The notes: generated by a model from the sequence alone, not told the origin. A stretch of DNA of 64,000 nt from Chloroflexota bacterium (GCA_963662335.2 CAXXVD010000003.1:128001-192000); one strand, 5' to 3'; shown: positions 1 through 9,284, numbered from the stretch's first letter. Program-made: numbers and translations.

Positions 1-306
1 GAAGTCTTTGGCCTCGATGGCGATGGTGAGCGGGTAGTCCGCCGTGAACGTGATGGTCTCGGCGTTGAAGGAACGCTCCGTGGTGATGGGCACCGAATCC
101 TCGCCGACCAACTCGCCGTTGACGTAGAGCGCGAACCAGTTGTCGGCCCACACCTCGGCCTTGAATTGCGGCGCGCCGCTTTGGCTCGTGGCGGTGTCCG
201 GCGCGGCCGCCCCGTTTGCGCCGCCGTCATCGCCGGAACCGCAGCCGGCGACCAACCACACGGCGACCAGCACGGCCGCTACCCACTTAACGAAGAACCG
301 CTCCAT
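1..306 (-). CDS. Secreted lipoprotein, N-terminal part (runs off the window start)
   Basis: Own translation from ATG at 306: MERFFVKWVAAVLVAVWLVAGCGSG...WADNWFALYVNGELVGEDSVPITTERSFNAE; signal peptide with LVAG-C lipobox; frame open to position 1. Confidence 0.7.
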   Translation of the reverse strand, partial: MERFFVKWVAAVLVAVWLVAGCGSGDDGGANGAAAPDTATSQSGAPQFKAEVWADNWFALYVNGELVGEDSVPITTERSFNAETITFTADYPLTIAIEAKDF

Positions 307-486
307 GCGTCTTTCCCCACTTCACGCTATTTCACTGCTGTGCTGCCGCGCTGCACAACCGGCTTGAACGCTTAGCCAGCATACGCGCCGCAGCCGGCGG
401 GTCAGAGCAACCAGTCCCTTTACCCCTTGCCTATAGACAGTATACTGTAGGCAAGAGAGAGTACGCACAATGGCAGAGGCGGAGAG

Positions 487-714
487 ATGGAAAACATCAC
501 TGACTGGGCGCCTACGGTCGTCGCGGTGGCGGCGTGGCTTAGCCTGCTCTGGCGCTTCGAGAGTCGCATATCAGGCGCCGAGAATCGCTTGGGCGAACGG
601 ATAGCGCGCATCGAAGGGACGCTGGAAGGCTTCGCAACCAAGTCCGACGTCGCGCGCATTGAGGGGCTGCTAGAGGGCTACTTCATGCAGGCTGGCAAGC
701 GAGAAGAGAGCTAG
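487..714 (+). CDS. Small membrane-anchored coiled-coil protein (75 aa)
   Basis: GGAG RBS, N-terminal hydrophobic helix, repeated ARIEG heptads, FATKSDV motif; followed by a hairpin. Confidence 0.65.
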   Translation: MENITDWAPTVVAVAAWLSLLWRFESRISGAENRLGERIARIEGTLEGFATKSDVARIEGLLEGYFMQAGKREES

Positions 715-735
715 ACCCCAAACGCCGTCTACAAC

Positions 736-763
736 AGAGCGCACCCGTGAAGGTGCGCTCTTT
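736..763. terminator. Intrinsic terminator hairpin between convergent genes
   Basis: AGAGCGCACC-CGTGAA-GGTGCGCTCT-TT. Confidence 0.6.
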
Positions 764-783
764 GCATTACCGGATTTGTGCTG

Positions 784-1764
784 CTACAGCACCGAGTGGT
801 AGATGGCGTCCACCAGTTCCATCGTCTTGGTAGCGTCGCCAAAGTGAGTGTCCGGCTGGCGGCCGGTCTTGATGCAGTCGATGAAATGGCGGTTCTCGCC
901 AAAGAAGCCGTAGGCGTGGTAGCGCGCGTCGTTGCCGGCGGCCGTGTTCACGTCCAGCACCGCCGGTTCGCCGTTGCCGTCGGTGTAGACCCGGGCCGTT
1001 TCGTCCGGGTCGATGTAGGCGGTGATGCCCTTGCCGTGAATTTCGAATATGTGCCGCCGCGTGCCGGCCACCCAGTTCGCCTGCAGGTAGCCGGCGCAGC
1101 CGTTCTCGAAGCGCATGAGCGCGTTGAAGACGTTGGGGTAGTCGGCGTACACCTCGCGCACGTCGCTGGCCACGGCCGCCACCTCGCTGCCGCCCAGCCA
1201 GCGGCAGACGTCCACCGCGTGCACCGCGTCGCAACTGAGGATGTCGGTCGCGCCGCCGTAGTAGGGCAGATCGCCGGGCGGGGTGAACTGGTGCTTGAGG
1301 AAGACCGACTGGAACTGGATGATCGGCCCCCGCGCCTCCACCTGGGCGCGCACTTCGCGCATCAGCGGGATGAAACGCCGGTTGAAGGCCGTCATGGTGA
1401 GCGCGCCGTACTTGGCGGCGGTCTTCGCCATGCTGCTGGTCTGATAGGCGTTGAGCCCCGGCGGCTTCTCCACGAAGAGGTTGTGGCCCCGCTGCAGGAC
1501 GTTTATCGAGATGTCGTAGAGGTGGTGCGGCGGCATGAGGCAGTAGACGCCGTCCGGCTTTTCCTTATCCAGCATCTCGCGGTAGTCGGCATAGGTGGCG
1601 GCGATGTTGAAGCGCGCCGCCGTGCTTTGCAGCCGGTCCGCGTCCAGGTCGCACGCGGCGGCAATTTCCACGTCCTCCATTTCGCTCAGAGACGGGTAGT
1701 GCATGGCGTTGGCGAGACTGCCCGCGCCAATCATGCAAATGCGGACTTTATCCGGGCCTGGCAT
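784..1764 (-). CDS. Gfo/Idh/MocA family oxidoreductase
   Basis: IGAGSLA Rossmann motif, EKP motif, AVHAVD; start moved to MPGPDK after a GGAGG RBS. Confidence 0.9.
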   Translation of the reverse strand: MPGPDKVRICMIGAGSLANAMHYPSLSEMEDVEIAAACDLDADRLQSTAARFNIAATYADYREMLDKEKPDGVYCLMPPHHLYDISINVLQRGHNLFVEKPPGLNAYQTSSMAKTAAKYGALTMTAFNRRFIPLMREVRAQVEARGPIIQFQSVFLKHQFTPPGDLPYYGGATDILSCDAVHAVDVCRWLGGSEVAAVASDVREVYADYPNVFNALMRFENGCAGYLQANWVAGTRRHIFEIHGKGITAYIDPDETARVYTDGNGEPAVLDVNTAAGNDARYHAYGFFGENRHFIDCIKTGRQPDTHFGDATKTMELVDAIYHSVL

Positions 1765-1931
1765 CGGTTCCTCCGTATTGGGTGTATGCGCGTGGATGGC
1801 TTGCTTGCGCTTCATGATAGAAGCCGTACCGGGGAAATACAAGCGTTCGCCAGAGCGGGGGTAAAGAGTCTATCATCAAGGAAGATTGCAAGCAGGGCAC
1901 AGGCGAAGGACTCAAAGGGAGAAGCGATACG

Positions 1932-2810
1932 GTGGATGGCAATGTCGAACTCTTGGTGGATCAACACGCCCTGGTGGGCGAGGGGCCGCTGTGGGACGAG
2001 CAGGAGCAGGTGCTCTACTGGGTGGACATCCTAAACTCCACGCTCTTCATCTACGATCCGGCCACCGGCGAAAACAAGGAGATAGACGTCGGCCAGCACG
2101 TGGGCACGGTGGTCACCCGCGATTCCGGCGGGCTGATGCTGGCGGTGCGGGAAGGCTTTGCGTCTCTTGACCTGGAAACGCGGGAACTCACGCTCATTGC
2201 CAATCCGGAAGCGCACGTTACCGGCAACCGCTTCAACGACGGCAAGTGCGATCCGGCGGGCCGCTTCTGGGCCGGCACCATGGCCTACGAGAATCCGAAG
2301 GATTCCGGCAGCCTCTACCGCCTCGATACCGACCTGAGCGTGCACAAGATCTTTGGCGGCGTGGCAATCTCCAACGGCATCGTCTGGAGCCTGGACCACA
2401 CGACCATGTACTACATCGATACCCTGCGCAAGAACGTGCGCGCCTTCGATTACGACAACGACACCGGCGACATCAGCAACGAGCGGGTCGTCATCGACGT
2501 GCCGGCGGAGACCGGCCTGCCCGACGGGATGGCGATCGACAGCGAGGGCATGCTCTGGGTGGCGCACTACGGCGGTTCGCGCGTCTCGCGCTGGAATCCC
2601 GCTACAGGCGAGAACCTGGGGCACATACCTTTGCCGGTGACCCAGGTCACGGCCTGCGCGTTCGGCGGGCCGGACATGACTACTCTCTTCATCACCTCGG
2701 CGGCGCAAGAACTCGACGCGGCGGCACTGGCGCGCCAACCGCTGGCCGGGGGACTCTTTGCCATCGAGACGCCGTACCGGGGCGTGCCGTCCTTCCGGTT
2801 TGGCGGCTAG
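1932..2810 (+). CDS. SMP-30/gluconolactonase/LRE family protein
   Basis: GEGPLWD, RFNDGKCDPAGRFWAGTM, SNGIVWS and PDGMAIDSEG motifs. Confidence 0.93.
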   Translation: MDGNVELLVDQHALVGEGPLWDEQEQVLYWVDILNSTLFIYDPATGENKEIDVGQHVGTVVTRDSGGLMLAVREGFASLDLETRELTLIANPEAHVTGNRFNDGKCDPAGRFWAGTMAYENPKDSGSLYRLDTDLSVHKIFGGVAISNGIVWSLDHTTMYYIDTLRKNVRAFDYDNDTGDISNERVVIDVPAETGLPDGMAIDSEGMLWVAHYGGSRVSRWNPATGENLGHIPLPVTQVTACAFGGPDMTTLFITSAAQELDAAALARQPLAGGLFAIETPYRGVPSFRFGG

Positions 2811-2940
2811 CGGTAGATTCACGTAGGTGAGTGTTGTACAGCATGACCGTAAGTGCTCTTGATTATAGGGGTCTTTATCTCCTTGCGAATTACCGACCGG
2901 GAACGGGCCCTTCTTTTCCCGTGCGTCGCTTCCCACGCCG

Positions 2941-2964
2941 GCGGGGGACAAGCCCCCGCGCTAC
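2941..2964. repeat. GTAG-type REP hairpin GCGGGGGACAAGCCCCCGCGCTAC (family A, representative copy)
   Basis: Identical copies at 11941, 20584(rc), 20765, 32714(rc), 33980(rc), 35085, 39833, 53772 and 63380; all intergenic. Confidence 0.9.
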
Positions 2965-3080
2965 GTCAATTCAAGAGCGCCGACAGCCACTGCGCTACGT
3001 TAAGGCGAAGGAGCCGGCAGGCACCGCGCCCCCGGCAAGCCCCACCACTTTCCGGTCAGATACGCTCTCCCTGGGGAGAG

Positions 3081-3229
3081 GCTGACAGGGGTAGGTGAAT
3101 GTCATTCCGAGCGCAGCGAGGAATCTAGGGATGCTGATAATGCAAGTCCACGCTCTAGATTCCTCACTCCGCTGCGCTCCGTTCGGAATGACAGGTGAAG
3201 TCGATTCTAAAGTGCCTACCCCTGTCAGT
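3081..3229. mobile_element. MITE family 2, with CTGACAGGGGTAGG TIRs and 9-bp TSD, carrying a GTCATTCCGA palindrome
   Basis: TIRs at 3082-3095 and 3215-3228; TGGGGAGAG duplicated at 3072-3080 and 3230-3238; internal palindrome 3101-3192. Confidence 0.75.
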
Positions 3230-3302
3230 TGGGGAGAGGGCCGGGGTGAGGGGAAGAGGCGCGGCTAAGACTTCCAACTGGACGTGAGAAAGGAACTCAC
3301 TC

Positions 3303-4430
3303 ATGCAAGCGCTTGCGCCGCGACAGGACTTCATCGGCGTGGCGGATTCGACCTATCTCTACACCGGCGCGGAATCGGCGCCGCTGAAGTCACAGGCTCA
3401 GGCGCTGGAACGCTATCTCCACGAGCGCCCGCGCGCCGAGGCCGGACGGGCGGAGCACATCGCAACCGAACAGCGCTGCAAGCGGCAACTCGCCGACCTC
3501 ATGGGCTGCGGCGCGGACGACGTTGGTCTGGTGGGCAGCGCTTCCGAGGCCATCATCCTGATTGCCAGCGGCATCGCCTTCACGCCCGGCGACAACATCG
3601 TGACCAACGACCTGGAGTTTCCCAGCACGGTGCTGCCCTGGATACAGATGAAGCAGCACGGCGTCGAGGTGCGCCTGGTGCGCAGCCGGGACTGGCAATT
3701 CACGCCCGAGGACGTGATCGCGCAAATCGACGGGCGCACGCGCCTGGTGGCGGTGAGCCACGTGAGCTATCTCTCCGGGCTGCGGCTCGACCTCGAACCC
3801 ATCGCGCACGCCGCCCATGCTCACGGCGCGCTGCTGCTGGCGGACGTGACCCAGTCGCTGGGCGTCGTGCCGGTGGACGTGGGCGCGTATGACTTCGCGG
3901 TAGCCAGCACGTATAAGTGGCTGCTGGGCATCCACGGCGGCGGCGTGCTCTACTGGAACCGCGCGCGCTTGCCGGACTTTGCGCCGGGCGCGGTGGGCTG
4001 GTTCTCGGTGAGCGACTTTCTCAGCGACGACCGCTTTGAAAGAATCACGTGGAAGCCGACCGCCGAGCGTTTTGAACTGGGCATGCCGTCGTACGCGGCG
4101 ATCTACGCCCTGGAGAACGGCGTGCGCTACCTCCAGCAGTTAGGCGCGGACCGCATCGGCGCGCACGTGGAGGCGCTGGGTGACGAACTCATAGCGGGAC
4201 TGCGAGGACAAGGCTGGACGGTGATGACGCCCGTGGCGCGGGAGCACCGCGCAGGTAACATCTCAATCGCGGTGGCAGACGCGGTCACCGTGCGCGACGC
4301 CCTCATCGAGAAGAACGTCCACACGTGGGGCGGCGACGGGCGCGTGCGCGCCTCGCTCCATCTCTATAACGATAGCGCGGACGTAGCCGCCTACCTTGCG
4401 GCCTTGCGGCCGTTCGCCCCGGGTCGCTGA
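3303..4430 (+). CDS. Aminotransferase class V PLP-dependent enzyme
   Basis: DVTQSLG, STYKWLLG (PLP lysine), RFELG and RASLHLYN motifs. Confidence 0.88.
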   Translation: MQALAPRQDFIGVADSTYLYTGAESAPLKSQAQALERYLHERPRAEAGRAEHIATEQRCKRQLADLMGCGADDVGLVGSASEAIILIASGIAFTPGDNIVTNDLEFPSTVLPWIQMKQHGVEVRLVRSRDWQFTPEDVIAQIDGRTRLVAVSHVSYLSGLRLDLEPIAHAAHAHGALLLADVTQSLGVVPVDVGAYDFAVASTYKWLLGIHGGGVLYWNRARLPDFAPGAVGWFSVSDFLSDDRFERITWKPTAERFELGMPSYAAIYALENGVRYLQQLGADRIGAHVEALGDELIAGLRGQGWTVMTPVAREHRAGNISIAVADAVTVRDALIEKNVHTWGGDGRVRASLHLYNDSADVAAYLAALRPFAPGR

Positions 4431-4432
4431 CG

Positions 4433-4867
4433 GTGTTCGCGCGCGAGTTCACCGTCGCGGCGCACCGCGACAAGGTGGCGCAGTTTCATCGCAGACGGCA
4501 AAGCCTTGTCGAGATCACGCCGCCGCCTATCATCGTGCGCATCCATTCCGGCCCAGAGGTTCTCTCATCAGGTGACGAGATGCGCTTTACACTCTGGCTC
4601 GGCCCGTTTCCCATCCGCTGGCACGCCGCCATCGCAGCCGCGCCGGGCGGGTTTGCCGATCGGCAAATACGCGGCCCGTTCGCGCACTGGGTCCACCGGC
4701 ATACGTTCATCGAGAGCGGCGGGGGGCTAACGACGGTGCGCGACGAGATCGAGTACACCTACAAGCGCCATCCCATCTGGGGCCTAATCGGGCGGCTCTT
4801 CGTGCTGGGCCTGCCGGCGCTCTTCGCCTACCGCGCTTGGAAGACACGGCGGCTGCTGGCGAAGTGA
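4433..4867 (+). CDS. SRPBCC (cyclase/dehydrase-like) family protein
   Basis: ITPP, FADRQIRGPFAHWVHRHTF and VRDEIEY motifs. Confidence 0.8.
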   Translation: MFAREFTVAAHRDKVAQFHRRRQSLVEITPPPIIVRIHSGPEVLSSGDEMRFTLWLGPFPIRWHAAIAAAPGGFADRQIRGPFAHWVHRHTFIESGGGLTTVRDEIEYTYKRHPIWGLIGRLFVLGLPALFAYRAWKTRRLLAK

Positions 4868-4936
4868 GGGAACTAAAGCTAAACGCCAACTGGCTGACTC
4901 TCCTGCTCTTGAGGCATGTGGAACACACGTCGTTCT

Positions 4937-6097
4937 CTAGTTGTCGCCATCGTGGAACAAGGCAATGTAATCTTCGTATCGGAATACCCTCCCGCGCCCC
5001 TTTCCCGTAATCTCGTGCAGGATGCCGCAATCCACTAATTGCGAGACGAGCGAGTTTGCTGAAGGATAGGAACTCTCGTTCAAGTCTTGCACTACCTTTA
5101 CTGAAAGTAGTGCTCTTTCGAAGAGGTAGTCCAGTACGCGATGCCCATTTCCGGCCCGACGGCCAAGCCGCTCATTTATCAGATAACGGTGGCGTTCGCG
5201 GAGATCGAGGATTCTGCGTGCAGTCTCTGTAGCTTGTTTGCTCACCTCGATGACCCCACGCAGAAAGAAAGCAAGCCACTGCTCCCAGCTACCTGAATCA
5301 CGCACGGCTTGCAGTTCTTCATAGTACTGTTGACGGTTCTGCTTGAAGTAGTGGGAGAGATAGAGGACAGGCTTGAGCAGCACCCCGCGCTCACAGAGCA
5401 GAAACGTAATGAGGAGTCTGCCTACGCGACCATTGCCATCGAGAAACGGATGAATGGTCTCGAATTGGGCGTGAGCTAACCCTATCCATATAAGGGTTGG
5501 GAGATCTCCTGGATCGTTGAGAAACTTTTCCAAATCCCCAAGAGCTTGACGAACTTCCGTAGGCGGAGGTGGGATAAATGCGGCATCACTAAGGGAGGCG
5601 CCGCCTATCCAGTTTTGGCTCGTTCGTACTTCGCCTGGTGTGAGGTGAGAGCCACGGACCCGTTGTAGAAGTCTGGCATGTATTTGGCAGATCAGCCGTA
5701 CGGAAACAGGCAGGGTCTCGAGTTGCGCCAGCCCGAGTTTCAGTGCTTCAATGTAGTTGATGACCTCATATGCGTCACCCAAGGGGCCAGCAGAAAGAAT
5801 CCTTGCCTCAGCTGCCAATACGTCTTGTAGTGTGCTTTGCGTTCCCTCTATTTGGCTTGATAGCAGCGCTTCTTGGCGAATGTACATAAGTACAAAGAGA
5901 TCCGAATCTGGTAAGGTTTGAATAGAGCCATCGAGGCGTCCCAGTGACAGGTCAGCTTCGGAAAGCAAAGCTTGCAGTTCTCCGTCAATGTGAATTGGCG
6001 GGATAGGCGGCAGTGGATTTGGGATGAACGCGCGGTAGCCGCCAATTTGCCTAATGTATTGACCGGATCTAGTTGGGTTGTCGGAGAATGTCTGCAT
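4937..6097 (-). CDS. Fic family protein (Fic_N + Fic + C-terminal wHTH)
   Basis: SSQIEG inhibitory-type motif and HPFLDGNGRVGR Fic motif; AT-richer than neighbours. Confidence 0.95.
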   Translation of the reverse strand: MQTFSDNPTRSGQYIRQIGGYRAFIPNPLPPIPPIHIDGELQALLSEADLSLGRLDGSIQTLPDSDLFVLMYIRQEALLSSQIEGTQSTLQDVLAAEARILSAGPLGDAYEVINYIEALKLGLAQLETLPVSVRLICQIHARLLQRVRGSHLTPGEVRTSQNWIGGASLSDAAFIPPPPTEVRQALGDLEKFLNDPGDLPTLIWIGLAHAQFETIHPFLDGNGRVGRLLITFLLCERGVLLKPVLYLSHYFKQNRQQYYEELQAVRDSGSWEQWLAFFLRGVIEVSKQATETARRILDLRERHRYLINERLGRRAGNGHRVLDYLFERALLSVKVVQDLNESSYPSANSLVSQLVDCGILHEITGKGRGRVFRYEDYIALFHDGDN

Positions 6098-6135
6098 AAG
6101 CGTAGACCGGCGCAGTGGAGCACCCGTTAGTTATT

Positions 6136-6153
6136 GAACGTACGTTTAGTATA
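6136..6153 (-). promoter_or_regulatory. Putative LexA (GAAC-N4-GTTY) box abutting a TATACT -10 upstream of the Fic gene
   Basis: GAAC-GTAC-GTTT at 6136-6147; AGTATA at 6148-6153 reads TATACT on the minus strand. Confidence 0.45.
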
Positions 6154-6270
6154 CTAGCTCCGCCAGTGTCTTATTAAAGAAAATGCCGTTTTTCTTACAT
6201 AAAACGGTCACTCACGCGCGCAATTAAAGGTTCCTTACATACCGAACCCCGTGACAGCCGGTGCGACCGG

Positions 6271-7665
6271 TCATTCTTTCCGCGCGCGGGCCGCCATGAA
6301 GTCCATCAGCGGATAGGGGCTGCCCGGATGTTGACCCGGCAGGCGGGCGGGCAGGGGTTCGCCCAAGAAGCCTTCCAGCCGGGCGCGCTGTTGCGCCACC
6401 ACGTCCGGGTGTTCGGCGGCCACGTCGTCGAAGTTATCAAGGTCCTGGTCGATGCGGTAGAGCTTCCATTGCGGCTCGGCTTCCTGGATATTCACCACCG
6501 CGTTCCAGGTATGGTCGCGCACGCTGGCCTCGTAGCCCCAGACCGTCAGCGTCCAGTCCCGCAGCGCGCCGCGTGCGCCGGTAGCCAGCGGCCACATGTT
6601 CTCGCCGTCCAGGCGGTCGTGGGGCACTTCCAGCCAGTTGAGGATCGTCGGCGCCACGTCGATGTGCTGCACGAACGGCGTAATCACCGTATCGCGCGGC
6701 CCGTGCGGATGGCGCACCAGCATGTTCACGCGGGTATTGTAGGCGTTCATGTGGCGTTGGCTCTTGCCGAACTCGCCGTGCTCGTTCATCTGCGTGCCGT
6801 GGTCGGAGGTGAAGACGATGATCGTCTCGTCCAGCAGCCCGCCGTCGGCCAGGTGGTTCAGCAGCACGCCCAGCCACTTGTCGATGAACGTCAGCGAGCC
6901 GTAGTAGAGCGCCCGCACCCGGTCTTCTTCCGCCGCCGACAGGGGCTCGCCGCGCGGCTGGATTGGCTCGATGCCCTGCCAGGGCGCGTCCATGTAGGCG
7001 TCGGCGTACTCGAACGGCGGGTGCCACGGCTCGTGGGCCTCGAACGAATCGATCCAGAGGAAGAACGGGTGCTGCTCGCGGCTGTCCTCGATGAACCGGA
7101 TGGCGCGGCGGATGCACTTGGCAAAGGTGAAGTCCTCTTCCGTTGTGCGGTCCTTCACGTTCCAGAGCCACTGGCGCAGCACGAACGGCACGTTGTCCGG
7201 CCGGTGGGTGTAGCGCGCGGCCTGCAGTTCCTCTTCCGTGCCCAGCCGGTAGGGATCGGCCTCCTGCCCGCGCAAGAACTCCCAGTTCATGAAGCCGCGG
7301 GTGAAGTTCATGGTCGGCTTGAAGAGGTGGTAGGTATCGGCCACCAGGCCGGTGGCGTAGCCCGCGCGGGAGAGACGCTCGGCCAGGGTCTGCTGGTGCG
7401 GCGGCACGCCGTGCCACCCCGGCATCCCCGGCGCGCCCGGCGAGGAGCCGGTGGTGTCAATCGTCCAGCGCCAGGGAAAGCCCCGGATGCCGGTGAAGAG
7501 CGAGCGCCGCGCCGGCACGGTCGGCAGCGCCTCGGCAAACGCGTTTGCGAACCAGACCCCGTCCCGCGCCATGGCGTCCAGCGTGGGCGTCCGCATAGCG
7601 TGCGCGCCCAGATGCCGGATGCAATCGGCGCGAAAAGTGTCGAGGCAGATGACGATGCAGTTCAC
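6271..7665 (-). CDS. Sulfatase-like hydrolase (alkaline phosphatase superfamily)
   Basis: LDTFRAD, PTVPARRSLFTG, TSDHG and HIDVAPTIL motifs. Confidence 0.88.
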   Translation of the reverse strand: MNCIVICLDTFRADCIRHLGAHAMRTPTLDAMARDGVWFANAFAEALPTVPARRSLFTGIRGFPWRWTIDTTGSSPGAPGMPGWHGVPPHQQTLAERLSRAGYATGLVADTYHLFKPTMNFTRGFMNWEFLRGQEADPYRLGTEEELQAARYTHRPDNVPFVLRQWLWNVKDRTTEEDFTFAKCIRRAIRFIEDSREQHPFFLWIDSFEAHEPWHPPFEYADAYMDAPWQGIEPIQPRGEPLSAAEEDRVRALYYGSLTFIDKWLGVLLNHLADGGLLDETIIVFTSDHGTQMNEHGEFGKSQRHMNAYNTRVNMLVRHPHGPRDTVITPFVQHIDVAPTILNWLEVPHDRLDGENMWPLATGARGALRDWTLTVWGYEASVRDHTWNAVVNIQEAEPQWKLYRIDQDLDNFDDVAAEHPDVVAQQRARLEGFLGEPLPARLPGQHPGSPYPLMDFMAARARKE

Positions 7666-7697
7666 CAGGGCCTTCCTTACAATTGGCCGGTTCTTGG

Positions 7698-7916
7698 CTA
7701 CTCCTCGCTTGGCTTGCCAACGTCTTGCGGCCTTTCGGCAGCGCCTTCGATCCGAGACACGCGCTGATATAGTTCGAAGATGTGGTTGCGCATGTCGCGG
7801 TTATCCTCCCTGATCGCGTTCTCGCCCTGCCTGATAAACGTAATAATGGCAACGCCGACGCCGATAGCAACGATGATAATGGCAAGGGTTGAGACCAAGA
7901 GTTCGTATTGTCCCAT
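7698..7916 (-). CDS. Small membrane-anchored coiled-coil protein (72 aa)
   Basis: GGAG RBS, TM helix, then heptads ending VSRIEG. Confidence 0.6.
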   Translation of the reverse strand: MGQYELLVSTLAIIIVAIGVGVAIITFIRQGENAIREDNRDMRNHIFELYQRVSRIEGAAERPQDVGKPSEE

Positions 7917-7930
7917 TTTGCTCCCTCCGC

Positions 7931-8265
7931 CTACCGCTGCTTATTCGCCGGAGGATTCAGTGCGGCTATAAGGTCGCGTTCCTCCAAGTACCTGTTCACC
8001 GTGCTGCCATTCTTGTGCGCCAAGACATGCGTCGGTCCATAGCGCATGATTTCTTGATTGCTTCTTTGTTCACTCAGTCTGTTCTTGAAGTTATCGGTCT
8101 CGCCGACATAGATTACGGCCCACCCGGATGGCTCAGCCACCCTGGCAAGAACGTAGTTGCCCGGCTCTTGGCTGCCGACCCAATCAATGGGAAAACCCAG
8201 TAGGTGTACGCCACGCCGGATGATCCAGCCAGGCTTAACGTGGGCCGCAGTTCTACCATTTGCAT
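7931..8265 (-). pseudogene. GIY-YIG-like small nuclease gene split by a 1-nt frameshift near 8190
   Basis: RBS and ATG at 8265 give MQMVEL...GSSGVAYTYWVF; the continuation PIDW...PGNY...IYVGETDNFKNRL...EERDLI..NPPAN is in the -1 frame. Confidence 0.6.
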
Positions 8266-8348
8266 ACTTTCCTCGTTGTCCCGGAGCAAGCGCGGATAGC
8301 TTCAGTATACAACAGGGCCTATACGGATGAAACGACCTATTCACGCCG

Positions 8349-9218
8349 TCATGCCCGTCTTTGCGTCCGCAGCGCCAGGTAGATGCCCAGCAGCACCAAC
8401 CCGCCGCCGGCCGCTTGCAGCAGTGTCAAACCCTCGCCCAGGATGAAGAAAGCCAGCATGCTCGCGCCCACCGGCTCGCCCAGGATAGCCACGGCGACCA
8501 CGGCGGCGGAGACGTAGCGCAGGGTCCAATTGTACGCCGTGTGGCCGAGGAGTTGCGGCCCCAGCGCCAGGAGAACCATCACGAGATACGTCGCGGGCGC
8601 GTAGCCGGTGAACGGCTGTCGCGTCACCAGCGCCGCGGCCAGCACCAGCAGCGCCGCCATGCCGTAGACCGCCGTGATGTAGGGCAGCAGGTCCAGCCGT
8701 TGCCGCAGGCGCTGTCCCAGCAGCAAGTAGGCGGAGTGAAAGACCGCGCCCAGCAGCGCCAGCGCGTCGCCAAAGAGCGCCTGGCCTTCCACCTGGAAGT
8801 CGCTGTAGCCGATCAGGATGCCGCCGGTCACCGAAAGCGCGATGCCCCACACCAGCAGCGGATGGAGCCGCTCGCGGAAGATGACCACCATGCCAAGCCC
8901 CACGAAGATGGGGTTGATCGTGACGAGCACCACCGAACTGGCGACCGACGTGTACTCCAGCGAGGCGATCCAGGCGATGAAGTGCAGACCCAGAAAACTG
9001 CCGGCCACTGCCGCCACCAGCCAGTCGCGGCGGCGCAAAGCCTGGAGATGCGGCCTGCGTAACGCAAGCGTCAGCGGCGCCAGCACGAGCGCGGCGACGC
9101 CCAGCCGGTAGGCGGCAATGATGAGCACCGGCGCGTCGGCCAGCTTGATCAGGATCGAGGCGCTGCTGATGATCGCCACCGAGGCGCACAAGGCCAGGAC
9201 GACACGGATATAGGGCAT
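8349..9218 (-). CDS. DMT/EamA family transporter
   Basis: About 10 TM helices, SLEYTSVASS and GEPVGA motifs. Confidence 0.9.
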   Translation of the reverse strand: MPYIRVVLALCASVAIISSASILIKLADAPVLIIAAYRLGVAALVLAPLTLALRRPHLQALRRRDWLVAAVAGSFLGLHFIAWIASLEYTSVASSVVLVTINPIFVGLGMVVIFRERLHPLLVWGIALSVTGGILIGYSDFQVEGQALFGDALALLGAVFHSAYLLLGQRLRQRLDLLPYITAVYGMAALLVLAAALVTRQPFTGYAPATYLVMVLLALGPQLLGHTAYNWTLRYVSAAVVAVAILGEPVGASMLAFFILGEGLTLLQAAGGGLVLLGIYLALRTQRRA

Positions 9219-9284
9219 GGAAACTCCCGCGCTCCGCCATTATTGCCGGGTAGCCGCGCCGGCCGACCGGGGGAGAGACTCCGC

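Noticed and set aside
778-2034. Long antisense or alternative-frame ORFs (also 6328-7767, 29744-31231, 43192-44886, 60415-62082 and many others)
   Set aside because: Shadow ORFs typical of high-GC DNA; they overlap motif-supported genes and lack recognisable motifs
3303-4430. Cysteine desulfurase (SufS/IscS) assignment
   Set aside because: The catalytic Cys loop (RxGHHC or SSGSAC) is absent
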